A stretch of DNA of 64,000 nt, taken from contig OX597818.1 in NCBI GenBank assembly GCA_951406725.2, positions 5,704,001-5,768,000 of the forward strand, written 5' to 3'. Below the pieces are notes generated by a model. The model made no database searches. It was not told where the DNA came from and saw nothing but the letters and a program-made list of their open reading frames with translations. This document shows, piece by piece, positions 24,608 through 36,576 of the stretch. The translations under genes were made by a program, and so were the position numbers. Position 1 is the first letter of the stretch. Every line of letters starts with the position of its first letter. This stretch comes from Octopus vulgaris (taxonomy: Eukaryota).

Positions 24608-26000
24608 TATTATTATCATTATTATTATTATTATTATTATTGTTGTTGTTGTTGTTGTTGTTGTGGTTGTTTCGTTGTAGTTGTTGTTGTTGCTGCTGCT
24701 GTTGTTGTTATTTATGTCTGGGAAGGATTACAGGATAGGTTTCAAAAACTAGCGTCGAATTTTTCGACACAAATTTAAGTTTTCTGTAGGCAGAATAGTG
24801 ACAAAGTTATTTTGCAAGCCCACATCATCCTACATTTACTTCCACCGCTGCTACATGCATGGAAGTACAATTGTGGAAGCCCCCATACGTATGTACCCAA
24901 GCATGAGTTGATATAACGACAATGTCAGTAATAATAATAATAATATATATAATAATATATATTAAGTATGATTGAGCAAACTGTATCCTAACACTGTATC
25001 TGTAACAATAATAATAATTAGAAAGTAACTAAATTATAATGATTTAATTAATTTAGAGGTTTGTATTTTTACTTATTCATATGGCCACTAGGCCGAATGT
25101 ATTTAAGAATGCTTAGCCACTTACTATTTGATTGTCTAGTCAGTTCACTGCTTAGATACAGTGGATGTTAGTTCAGAAGTTAGACTTTGTATTATAATTC
25201 TCCCAATTTAGGTCACTTCCGTAGTTATTACCTCCCCTTAACCGTAGTTTTCACCTTTATCACTCTTCCTACCAATTAACTCATTTCTTTGTCTACTAAT
25301 TTCACACCCCTATTCTATAACGCTTTGATCCATTTTCTCCGCCCAACCACCTTAATTCATAGTTGTCCAAGTAGATACCTTTCTAGTTTTTAATGATACT
25401 GTTGGCATTGGTCATTCCTTCTCATTGCACTTGTTACATGTATGTTTTTTATATACAATGTCCTAAGAGGTTATGGGCCACTTACAATATATACTACTTT
25501 CCCATACGTTTCATTTTTATTAATCTATTTATACAAACCCGCATAAGGGTCTTAATGACTTGCCCTTTGTTTTTTTCTTTAAATTTAACTGACCAGTTAC
25601 ATCGAACGCTGGACTTTGATCAATCCCATTACGAGAAATAAGTGGTTGAACTTTACAACATATCGATAAGTAAATAATGTGTTCTTTATTTTAATAAACT
25701 ATTGATTAGTACTATGAACATAATAATTTTATAATTGCTTCAAAACTTTATGGCACTCTCTCCCTCTTTGTCTAAACCCATTGACATATCCAGTTATTGT
25801 AAAGTTTTAATTTATACTTTTTTATTGCTTATTCCTCCTGTTATCCCCATAGAAAAATCAAGCTACCAATTGCTATTTTAAGTTTACTCCTTTACTGAAC
25901 GTCCCGAAGCAAAATGATACGATTGAAATATATTAAGCGTTTAATCTTCCTCTCGAGGCTCTTCATTTCATTTCTTTTCTTTTGGGTATGTATTTTTCTT

Positions 26001-26118
26001 CACACTGATGAAGCTTTATGTTCCAGATCGGATGTATTACCAAATATGACGAATATTACTTTTAGAATTTCCACTGGAAATACTATATAATATTGGAAGC
26101 AGAAACAGCTGTTAGATA
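26001..26118 (+). ncRNA. Hammerhead-like motif with very long stem II, in an old PLE pLTR
   Basis: CTGATGA(26005)-AGCTT...AAGCA-GAAAC-AGCT-GTT(26111-13); stem I is weak. Confidence 0.55.
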
Positions 26119-26315
26119 GGATACAGTTATATTTGTATTGAATTAAAAATTAATAATTGATGTTATTCAATTGTTGTTGATCAATAGTTCTCCCTTCTCT
26201 GTTTACTTTACATATATATATGGATAAAAAATATACATTAAGTACAGGACATCACCAACGAGTAAAAAATACGTAAACACACGAGAGATAAGTACAACCT
26301 ATTCCACAGCAGGTT

Positions 26316-26370
<55 letters not shown>

Positions 26371-27079
26371 ATATACGGATATATGTACGTTTGTAATGAG
26401 AGAGAGAAAGGAGGATAGGAGGAGATGAATAGGGTTGGAGGGAGAGATGAGAAGGAAATAAAATCCATACTGAAAGGCAAGTTGATATGCAGCTGCACTT
26501 TCAAATAGAAAAGTAAATATAGAATATATTGTATCCCTATGACATCATTTAATTTAAGCAGTTTATAAATTTAGGAAACTGACACACTTATAACACACAC
26601 TTTCAAATAGACACTCACTTATAAGCGTGACTGAACTATACATACAATACGCAAACAAACATATATCTGTGCTTTCAATTTTTTTCCATTTGTACGTGCT
26701 AATTTCAACCAACAGCTGCCTAGCGATTTTCTAATTATAAATTTTAATGTACTTATTCATTTTGCATTAAATTAGTTAATTACATTCTCTACGGGTGAAC
26801 GTGGTTTTAGATGTCTCTTTCTATATTTTAACATGTTTCTAATTGATGTATGAAGGAGCGTGATGTTTAAATGAATATGCGTATTTCTCTCATTTGTGTT
26901 TGATTCTGTTTAGTGGATGCTTTTCATTTCTTTTTCTGTTTTGAATTATTTAAGAGTATCTCAACGAAATTTCAAATCCGTTCCGTTTCATAATCTGTGA
27001 AACGAATATTAAAATGACAACAAAAGAAGATACACAATACTTTTCTGATAGTTCTATAATGTTGGTTTCAAATTTTGTC

Positions 27080-27275
27080 ACAAGGCCAGCAATATGGAAC
27101 GAGGAATTAAATCTATTATAGCAACCCCCATTACTCAACTGGTACTTATTTTATCGACCTCGAACGGATGAAAAGCAAAGTCGACGGCGGCGGCATTTAG
27201 ACTCAGACGTAAAAACAGGCGAAAAACCTCTAGGCACTTTGCGCGAAGTGAGAAAGATTCAGCCAGCACGCAGCC
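27080..27275 (-). mobile_element. SINE family B, diverged
   Basis: CTGGTACTTATTTTATCGACC..GAACGGATGAAA..CAAAGTCGAC block. Confidence 0.75.
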
Positions 27276-27401
27276 TTTCGGAGTTCTATAATATTAGAGG
27301 TAATCTGATATCAGTTATATGTTTACCTCTAGAAACTAAATGGGCACAATTCTGCAACTGATATTAGATATGTGAACCAAGGTAGGAGTATTTACCAAAA
27401 A

Positions 27402-28270
27402 TACGAGAGTGGACTAAAATGTTCGTAGGCTGACCAAAATGATCCCATGGAATGTGACCAAATGAGATTAATCTTTCGACATAGTCCCCCTTGCGGTCCG
27501 CACATTGCAGCCCTTGAATTCTATTGGTGAAGAAGCTTTCATCAACAGCAAATGTGACATCATCATCACAGCAATCCTTCTTCATAGACAAGTGTTTTTT
27601 GCGCTGGGAGAGGCTGATAATCAGATGGGGCCAAATCAGGAGGTAGGGAGGTTGATCGACCAGTCCATTGCAAAAGTCGTGCACATCAGCTCTCGTAAAT
27701 AAAGGACGTGTATGTTGGAGCATAGTCCTGATGAAACAAGACCACTTTCTACTGTTTTCCTGGTCGTTTGTTCTTGAAAGGCTTTCGTAACTCTCTCAGC
27801 ATGCCGGTTTCTCACTCCCTGTTGATGGCACTTTTGAAGGTAATTAATAAACACAATACCTTTTGCACCCCAGTTTTCCCAGTTTTCCATGTGTGTTTTT
27901 TTTTTTGGTGGTGGAAGTTGAAGAACGTCCAGATATTGGGTCATCTTCAAAATTCGTTTCCCTCCTAACGTCAGCTGCCAACTTTTGTTCTATTGATAAA
28001 TTCGGAGCGTCGTCCTGTCAGTATTCACTGTGTCATGATTGTCCTTGAGGACTAAACCATATTTCTGCAGGTACTTGATAACTCTTTGACGCCAAACTTT
28101 GTCCAGTTTCAGGAGAAGTTTCAACTAGTTACTTTTGACAGTGAAATATCAATTTACCGAGAAAGAATCAGTGCATTTAATAATAGGTGTGGAAATTGAT
28201 GTGTGCAAGATATCGCGACTTTAGGATCACTTCTTCAGTCAGGTAATAAACTTTTCACTCCATTCTTGTA
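27402..28270 (-). mobile_element. Internally deleted mariner fossil
   Basis: Imperfect TIRs TACGAGAGTGGACTAAAATGTT / AAACTTTTCACTCCATTCTTGTA; fragments GIVFINYLQK, LVDQPPY..DL, CADRKGDYVE. Confidence 0.8.
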
Positions 28271-28600
28271 TTATGTTCATACTTTATCGTCGCCTTCATC
28301 ATTTATATAGTGCCATCGAATCATCATTTTCGCCTCCTCAACACAATCATCATCACCATCATCACCATCGTCGTTGTCGTTATTGTCGTCGTGGTTGTCA
28401 TCATCATCACCATCATGAACCCATTCTTTTCTCTTTTCTATCTCTTTCTCCCAGCCTCATACTTATTGAACTGTCTTTTGTGTGTGTATGTCTACAAGAC
28501 AGCTAACCTTTAGGGGATATACAAAATGAAACAGAAAATGGAATTATTAGGTATACAACTAGGAAAATATATGCATAATATTATCTGAAGCACTTAAACA

Positions 28601-28640
<40 letters not shown>

Positions 28641-28689
28641 ATAAAAGCGTGTGCGCACTTTTGTATATGCGTGTGCAATAATATATTAT

Positions 28690-29255
28690 TTTCTACTCAA
28701 GGCACAAGTCTCGAAATTTTGGGGGAGGGGGCCAGTCGATTAGATCGAGCCAGTACGCAACTGGTACTTAGTTTATCGACTCCGAAAGGAGTCGACCTGG
28801 GCGGAATTTGAACTCAGAACGTAGCGGCAGATGAAATACCTATTTCTTTACTACCCACAAGGGGCTAAACACAGAGAGTACAAACAAGGACAGACAAACG
28901 GATTAAGTCGATTATATCGACCCCAGTGCGTAACTGGTACTTATTTAATCGACCCCGAAAGGATGAAAGGCAAAGTCGACCCCGGCGGAATTTGAACTCA
29001 GAACGTAGCGGCAGATGAAATACCTATTTCTTTACTACCCACAAGGGGCTTAACACAGAGAGTACAAACAAGGACAGACAAACGGATTAAGTTGATTACA
29101 TCGACCCCAGTGCGTAACTGGTGCTTAATTTATCGACCCCGAAAGGGTGAAAGGCAAAGTCGACCTCGGCGGTATTTGAACTCTGAATCCCGCGGCGGAC
29201 GAAATACCGCTAAGCATTTCCCTGGCGTGCTAACATTTCTGCCAGCTCGCTGCCT
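28690..29255 (-). mobile_element. Tandem trimer of SINE family B
   Basis: ~183-bp period (28808 vs 28991); a single complete tRNA-like head at ~29255. Confidence 0.88.
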
Positions 29256-30611
29256 TTATGCAATTATATATTCTTCACATAAAGTGTTTCACGCGCACAC
29301 ACTCATATATTAAAAAAGTTTGCAAATTTATTGAATTTAAAATTATTCCAGGCATATATATTAAATTTTGCTAAATTATCGTAGAATAAATTGTGTTCAC
29401 AGGAAGAGTAACATTTTTACAGTTGATAACCAAATGAAATTAATTCAGATTTGATAGATTTCCATATAATACACAAAAGATTAAACGTAATGTACTGTAA
29501 GTAGGTATTAATTTGAATATTCACAAGATTTCAATTTCCTCTCGTTTGAAGCAAAATATCATTGCAGAAAATTGCATCAGTAAATAAAATTTGGAATTAC
29601 CATTGTACCTTTTAAAACATGTCAGAGTTACTTCTTCAAGTCAAGAATATTCCATTGAAAGATATCACCGCACAGACAGTTTTGCATATGATAAATCTAA
29701 TAAGATAGTGTTTCTCGATAAGAAGTATGTGTCTATATACATAATATATACATGGTGTGGTAATAAATATATGTGTGTTTGTCAGCGCATATGAATGTGC
29801 GTGTGCCCGAAAGATTTTGCTATTCAATAACTCTCCCTAAATACAAGAAAACTACGTCTATCCTCCATGGTGTCAATTTCGTTGAAGTATTTAGATAATG
29901 CAAACTTCAACCATTTTAAAGATATTCAAGTCAAAGAGAAAGCAAGCATACGACAGAGGGATAGAGAGAGAGAGAGAAGAGAGGGGAGAGCAAGAGGGAG
30001 TGTGTGAAGAGTGATGGAAAAAAAGTGTAAATTGACATTTCATTTCATAGAAAGAGGGTATATGGTTAAGCAACCTAGTGAAAATTTGTATTAAATAGAA
30101 GCAACATTGAGGAACAATGTTCTTGAAGATGAAAACTACCGCTGCTATTTTCTAGATTGGGAAGTGTTTCAACATAAAACCGCTGTGCTACAGCAGATTG
30201 CAGAATACACACACTCAAACAGGCAGAAAGCAATATATACTACCGAGAAAGCTAGAGAAGGCCTATACAGTGACGCTAAGATTACAAAATAGAGCGGACA
30301 AATTTTACAGACTACTGCACCAAGATAAGAAAGAAGCGATTGGAAATAGTAGTTATGTTAATGTTGACTGCCTGGATATGTGTCCGTGTACGTGTGTGCG
30401 TGTGTCCGTATCCGTATGTACCCGTATCCGTGTACCCATATTTGTGTGTGTGTGTGTGTGTGTGCGCGTGTGTGTGTGTGTGTGTGTGCGCGTGCGTGCG
30501 TGTGTGTGCGCGTGTGTGTGTGTGTATGTAAAATGTAATAGAGTACAGCCTGCGATATTTTCAGGCCGTCGGTGACTGAGGCTAAAAAGCCTGCCTGTTT
30601 GGTGTAAATAA

Positions 30612-30642
<31 letters not shown>

Positions 30643-30649
<7 letters not shown>

Positions 30650-30888
30650 TTTATTTTAAGCAGCAGAAAATTCAACAAAATCTGTTACTCTGAGTTTCTC
30701 GTTGCCGTTCATCAGACAGTTTTTGCTAGTTTTTCTAGCAAAAACTGTCTGATGAACGGCAACGAGAAACTCAGAGTAACAGATTTTGTTGAATTTTCTG
30801 CTGCTTAAAATAAAGTATATATTACTCTACCACTGGTATTTGAGTACTCTTTTTTCCACCTTGTTTCACATTTATGTGTTTACTCCGG

Positions 30889-30890
<2 letters not shown>
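30643..30890 (+). mobile_element. Miniature PLE-derived fold-back: ~87-bp perfect inverted arms, T5 loop and unpaired tail, in (TA)n
   Basis: 30643-30729 is the reverse complement of 30735-30821; each arm contains a hammerhead. Confidence 0.9.
30743..30783 (+). ncRNA. Minimal type I hammerhead ribozyme (mirror copy on minus strand at 30681-30721)
   Basis: CTGT-CTGATGA(30749)-A-CG-GCAA-CG-A-GAAAC-TCAGA-GTA(30776-78)-ACAG: canonical core, GNRA-capped 2-bp stem II, near-palindromic helix III. Confidence 0.85.
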
Positions 30891-30920
<30 letters not shown>

Positions 30921-31733
30921 TATATATACAATTGCAGCATGGAATGTGTTTATAACCCATTTAAAAACACACAAAAACCTTTAGATTCACTTCAACATTC
31001 AAATTCCTTGCTGCACGGAATTTTGTCAGTGAACAGTTCGCGGTTTCAAAGCTACGAAAATATTTTGACAAATTAAATTTAAATGTTGAGGTGAATCAAA
31101 CAATTTTTGTGTTAAATTTAGGCACCAATTTTTACCACCGCAAACCTTACCCTTTGGTGTAGACAAAGCCGGATATAAGGTTCCGATATTTTGATAGTCT
31201 AGTAGGCTATCATGATATCTATTAGTCATCGGAGCAGATGTGTCGGCGGTGTCGCCGATACAATACATGAGTAATACAGGTGTAAAAGGAGCGGCGACAA
31301 TAAACGTTGCTTCAATTTATCTCCTTTTAATTTGATTGAATGACACGTCACCGTTTAATATTTTCCCACCTTTGTCTAGAATACAGCTACAAGTCCGAAA
31401 AGATTTAATTCTGGATGATCGAAGACTACATTCCTAATATTGTCTTCGAAGTTTAGGTAACTAGGTCACTATTCTCAATTATTTCTCCCCAACTATAATA
31501 TCTACTAACCACTAAATTCAAATAGGTTCGATACTTCATAGACTATTTTCTAAATTCATTCTGGCAAAGATATAGCAGTTGTTTTGTCCTTTGTGTTTGA
31601 AGTCTATACAGTCATCTGTTGAAAAGAGTTTCTTTGCAATGATGTAATGTATTCATTAATTAATTAAAAGAATCGCTTGAAACGGCTGTAATGAATTGAC
31701 ACCTGTACATCTCTTCTTACTCTATATATATAA

Positions 31734-31787
<54 letters not shown>

Positions 31788-31796
31788 GCTCATTTA

Positions 31797-31840
<44 letters not shown>

Positions 31841-31848
31841 CTCATTTA

Positions 31849-31894
<46 letters not shown>

Positions 31895-31905
<11 letters not shown>

Positions 31906-32543
31906 AAACAAGTCAAAATAGAAAATGCTAAAATAATTTTATAAAGAACATTTCAGTACCGGTTTCGCTCATTTTGAGACCTTTTCAACTGTAACGATTA
32001 AATAATTAAATTTAGAAAAATTAGAAGAAAAGTTTTTTTAAAGGAATATTTGTATAGTTTTCAAATTTTAGTGGCATTCTGCCTTTCTCTGACTCCCTTG
32101 TTTGCACTTGTGTGTTCCAGGTCGTTGTGAATTCTTGGTAGGGTAGAAGGAGAAGAGGGATGATGAGGAGAAGGGGTGGAGAAATTTGGGAGTACCTCAA
32201 AATACGACAATCAAGGCACTCCCAAATTTCTCCACCCCTTCTCCTCATCATCCCTCTTCTCCTTCTACCCTACCAAGAATTCACAACGACCTGGAACACA
32301 CAAGTGCAAACAAGGGAGTCAGAGAAAGGCAGAATGCCACTAAAATTTGAAAACTATACAAATATTCCTTTAAAAAAACTTTTCTTCTAATTTTTCTAAA
32401 TTTAATTATTTAATCGTTACAGTTGAAAAGGTCTCAAAATGACCGAAACCGGTACTGAAATGTTCTTTATAAAATTATTTTAGCATTTTCTATTTTGGCT
32501 TGTTTTTTCATATATATCAACTCATGTGTTCCTTTTCACCCTT

Positions 32544-32548
<5 letters not shown>
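31895..32548 (+). mobile_element. PLE pLTR fold-back: ~300-bp inverted arms with ~16-nt loop, in (TA)n
   Basis: 31895-32197 vs 32214-32517, about 3 mismatches by eye; short unpaired tail to 32548. Confidence 0.92.
32417..32460 (+). ncRNA. Hammerhead variant with UUGAAAA core (C3U/G8A); mirror copy at ~31951-31994 minus
   Basis: CAG-TTGAAAA(32423)-GGTC-TCAAAAT-GACC-GAAAC-CG-GTA-CTG. Confidence 0.75.
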
Positions 32549-32627
<79 letters not shown>

Positions 32628-32678
32628 GCTCATTTATATATGTGTATATATATATATATGTATATATATACTCATTTA

Positions 32679-32744
<66 letters not shown>

Positions 32745-32746
<2 letters not shown>

Positions 32747-35145
32747 TGAAAAAACTACAAAAGGCTTGTTTTATAAGGTTAAAGAATATATGTAAGTAAT
32801 TATGTTAGAAGAATGTTATAAAATTTTGTGTGTAGTAAATAGTTTTGGGAGAAAAACCGGTTTCGTGTAAGCTTTTCAACTTCTCAAAGTTCTTTACCTA
32901 CATCGTGTCATGTCTTTGTTATGAAGTGCAAAGAAGAGTTCCAGGCAGGGGGAGTTAATAAGGGATTTACTCTGGTATAAGGGAGATAATCACTTTATTC
33001 ATTTATTTTTAATGGGATGAGTTTCTCTGTATAAGAATGTTAGGATGGTTAAGTTCAGACTTATATTTTACAATGAAGAAAGTTTACACGAAACCGGTTT
33101 TTCTCCAAAATCTATGTTACTACACACAAAATTTTATAACATTCTTCTAACATAACTACTTAAATATATTCTTTAACCTTATAAAACAAGCCTTCTGTAG
33201 TTTTTTTCACTTTTTTCTATTTTTTATATATCTAACCACGTGCTTTCACACACCAACTTTCTCACCTATATATCAAACACGTGAGACCGAAAATGCCCCA
33301 GAAGACAAATACTTCGGATGAAATTACAAATGAGGACATACTTAAAGAACTAAAAAATATTAATACACAACTTATTACCTTAAATAACAAAATCGAGGAC
33401 TCAAATCTACTCGCCTGGAAAAGGAAAAACAGTGAACACACAACTCACTAAACTGACCAGGCTAGTAATGATTTACAACTTTTATGCACAACCTTCAACT
33501 CAATATTCATTAACAAGCCCAACAATGAACAACAACCACCTACCCACGACACCTTTAACGATTTCATTTTAAAACAAGAACAAATTAGTAAAGATTTGAA
33601 CACTCTATGTACTACACTAAAGTCGGCATTCACAAACAAGCCGAACGACGACCAGCGCATACCAAATGAAACACACCAGGACATCATACGTACACAAATC
33701 AATCTAACAGAAAGAAGAATAGAAAACATTTGGAATACAAACCTGCACAATAGAAAACTCGCTCTCTGGAACATGATAAAAAATTCCAACAAAGCAGATA
33801 TATACGAGGGATGGATGAACTCAACACCAATTATCCTCCCACGCAAATTCCAGATCAAAGCAATACCCAACGAACCTGACGGACAGAGAACTATTAGGGA
33901 AAGGTCAGCTCTATTCAATCTAAAATCGGAGATAGAATTACTAAGACTTAGGGCCTCCACTAGTGAAGAAAAATACATATACATCGATGAGGAGATGCAT
34001 AGTGAAATAAAGAAACAAACCGAGGGACAACCCCTCGAAAACACCATAAATCATTGGAAAGAAATCTGTGAAAAGGAAGAAAGAAATTCTCTCCTACGTT
34101 GGGAAAAAAGCAACATTTTCGTCCAAAGATATGTGTCAATTTTAAAAAATGAATTGGGTACAGATAATCCTTTTCTTAAGAAAGTAACAAGAAATAACAA
34201 ACAAAAACCGAACAACGCACAAACCACCCCCAATTTCAACCACTTAATCAACAACAACACTCCTCATTATCCTCCATACACTAGAAACAGAAATCACCCA
34301 CAACCAACATTTTTGAACCACGCAAGACTCAACAGGGAACAAGCTGACAGACAACGCATTTATGAAACAGATTACACCAAGAACAGAACACGCCAACATC
34401 ATCCCAATACCAGGCCTAACCACCCCATAACAGCACAAAATAACACTAAGTCAAGCAACATTCCACATACAAGTAATTCGAAACAAAAATATATCACATA
34501 CAGAAATTTTACACACATCACTAACGAAAACACCCAGAGATACCCACACACAATCTGAAGCAACAATATCACCGTTCCCCCGAACAAATCTCACACAAGC
34601 GCACAGACAACTCATACAAACAAAATTGCACCCAACATTTTTAGCCCCAGACCAGAGACACCAGGACACAGGCTAAAACCTAGTAATAAGGAAAAACCGA
34701 AGATAATCAACCTTTCAACCAAACCTCTCTCTAACATAAAAATTGACATCTTCTCAAAAGGGCTCAATTTCACGCCATATCCACGCAGAGTCAACCAAAA
34801 TGACAGAATTCTGCAGAAAATTAAGACTAGCAGAAGCGTCAACCAGTTTTAATACTGAAGATGACTCACTAATCAAAAACAAAAGTGAACACATCCCCCA
34901 CAGAGGAAGGAATAAAGATCTTGACGAGTTCTGCAGCCACATTGAGAACTTTCCCTACCATACTATACATAAACAGACAGTTAATCCCAAAACTGTTACT
35001 ACACACACAATTTAATAACATTCTTCTAACATAACTACTTAAATATATCCTTTAACCTTATAAAACAAGCCTTCTGTAGCTTTTTCACTTTGTTACATTT
35101 TTTATATATCTAACCTAGTGCTTTCACACACCAACTTTCTCATAC
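32745..35145 (+). mobile_element. Complex Neptune-type PLE insertion: inverted ORF end plus pLTR (32745-33078, minus), pLTR, 5' ORF region, partial direct pLTR
   Basis: The minus arm encodes FIVKYKSELN and a TTGAAAA...GAAACCGGTT hammerhead. pLTR sequence repeats at 33115-33270 and 34995-35145. Confidence 0.85.
33293..34985 (+). pseudogene. N-terminal ~560 codons of a Neptune PLE ORF (2 in-frame stops, 1 frameshift; RT deleted)
   Basis: ATG 33293 is in frame with the 320-aa ORF. The frame continues past TGA 34556 into KIINLSTKPLS...SKGLNFTPYP, then a frameshift gives EFCRKLRL...LIKNKS...GRNKDLD, matching the start of the 48785 ORF. Confidence 0.8.
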
Positions 35146-35231
35146 ATATATATATATATATATATATATGTAAAACTATAAATGTTCTAAAATCTTCACA
35201 CCCTTGTTTTTTTATCTCATTCTAAAAAAGA

Positions 35232-35279
<48 letters not shown>

Positions 35280-35281
<2 letters not shown>

Positions 35282-35420
35282 AGAGTTTACGAAAAAAGCC
35301 AAAAGACAAAGACAGCTGGTGCACAAAGCAAACAGATGTATTGGTATAACGCTCAGGAATAGAAGAAGTCTTTTACGTTTCGAGCCTACGCTCTTCTACA
35401 GAAAGGGACACAGAAAAAAA
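35280..35420 (-). ncRNA. Degenerate minimal hammerhead in a PLE pLTR remnant
   Basis: Minus strand: CTTT-CTGTAGA-A-GAGC-GTAG-GCTC-GAAAC-GTA-AAAG; core position A6 is altered. Confidence 0.45.
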
Positions 35421-36576
35421 ACAAGGAGAGAAAAATGTGTGTAGTGGCTAACGATCTATCAGGGCGACTGACTGCCGACAAGAAGGGTCACACAAGAGAG
35501 CGAAGAAGTAGGGGAGATAACAAAGTAAAGATGACCCCGAACACGAAGGTGCGTGTGTGTATAAGAGAGTATGTATGCGCGTGTGAAATAGGGCTGGTGG
35601 TCTGAACGTATGCGTGTACGTATGTGTAGGTGTGAAAATGTGGGGATGGAAATTGGTCAGTGCTGGTGTGTTGTGATGTGTAATGTTGTATGGTGTAGTG
35701 TGGTGTGATGTTGTTGGGAGGTGGGGGAGGCGTGAGTGGCGAAAGCACGTGTGGGGTGTGGGTTCGGCTGAGGGTTGGTGTAGAGTTGGAGTATGTGGGT
35801 AAGCAGAGGGTGGGGGTAGAGGTGGGGTTTGTGGGCAGGCAGAAGGTGGGGGTAGAGGTGGGGTATGTGGGAAAGGTGTAGGGATAGGATGGGAGATGGG
35901 AAGGTGGTGTAGGAATGTGTAGGGGTGGGTGAACTTATGGGGAGGTTTGACAATGAAGGGGAAGTGGAAGGTGTGTATGTGAAGAGAGAGAGTAAGAGAG
36001 AAGAGAGAAAGAAGTTAAGAGAGGAGAGAGAAAGAGAGTACGGAAGGAGGGAAGAGGGAGGAGAGAAATATATGTATATATATATATGCTTATCTTAAGT
36101 ATGTGTATTTATCTTTCTGTCTTTATGGTGATATATGTGGTTGTGTGTATTTGTTTATCAATATTTATTTATATCTATGTATTATGTGCATAATATGCAC
36201 GTATATATACATATATACATACATACACACACACATATTATATAAATACATACATATATATGTATATATATATAATTTAGAATAACTTAGAATAATTTAG
36301 AAATGTTTTGGCAAGTACTGGCCCAGGCCATGTCTAACTTAATAGCACCACCTAGCGAAGTCTTTCAATTCAGGATTTGGGCACCAAGGCCCATTCGAGC
36401 AGAGAGTTATTGCTTTGCGGAGGCATATCCGGGACTGTTTGAAGGAATTTGTCCAAAGACTTCTTGAATTTTGTGTGGCCATCTTTTGGTTTGACGTGCC
36501 CTGGTGTAATGTTGAAGAGAGCGAATCCGATTGAGGTGAAATAATTGTACGGTATTGTTATGAAATGCGATTTAGA

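Noticed and set aside
32021-32390. Near-identical ORF pairs on opposite strands (also 16308/17951)
   Set aside because: A consequence of the inverted repeats, with no coding signature.
34556-34558. In-frame TGA in a PLE ORF as possible selenocysteine, as in some Naiads
   Set aside because: It lies in a low-complexity region, not at a conserved Cys. The copy also has a TAA and a frameshift, and I see no SECIS.
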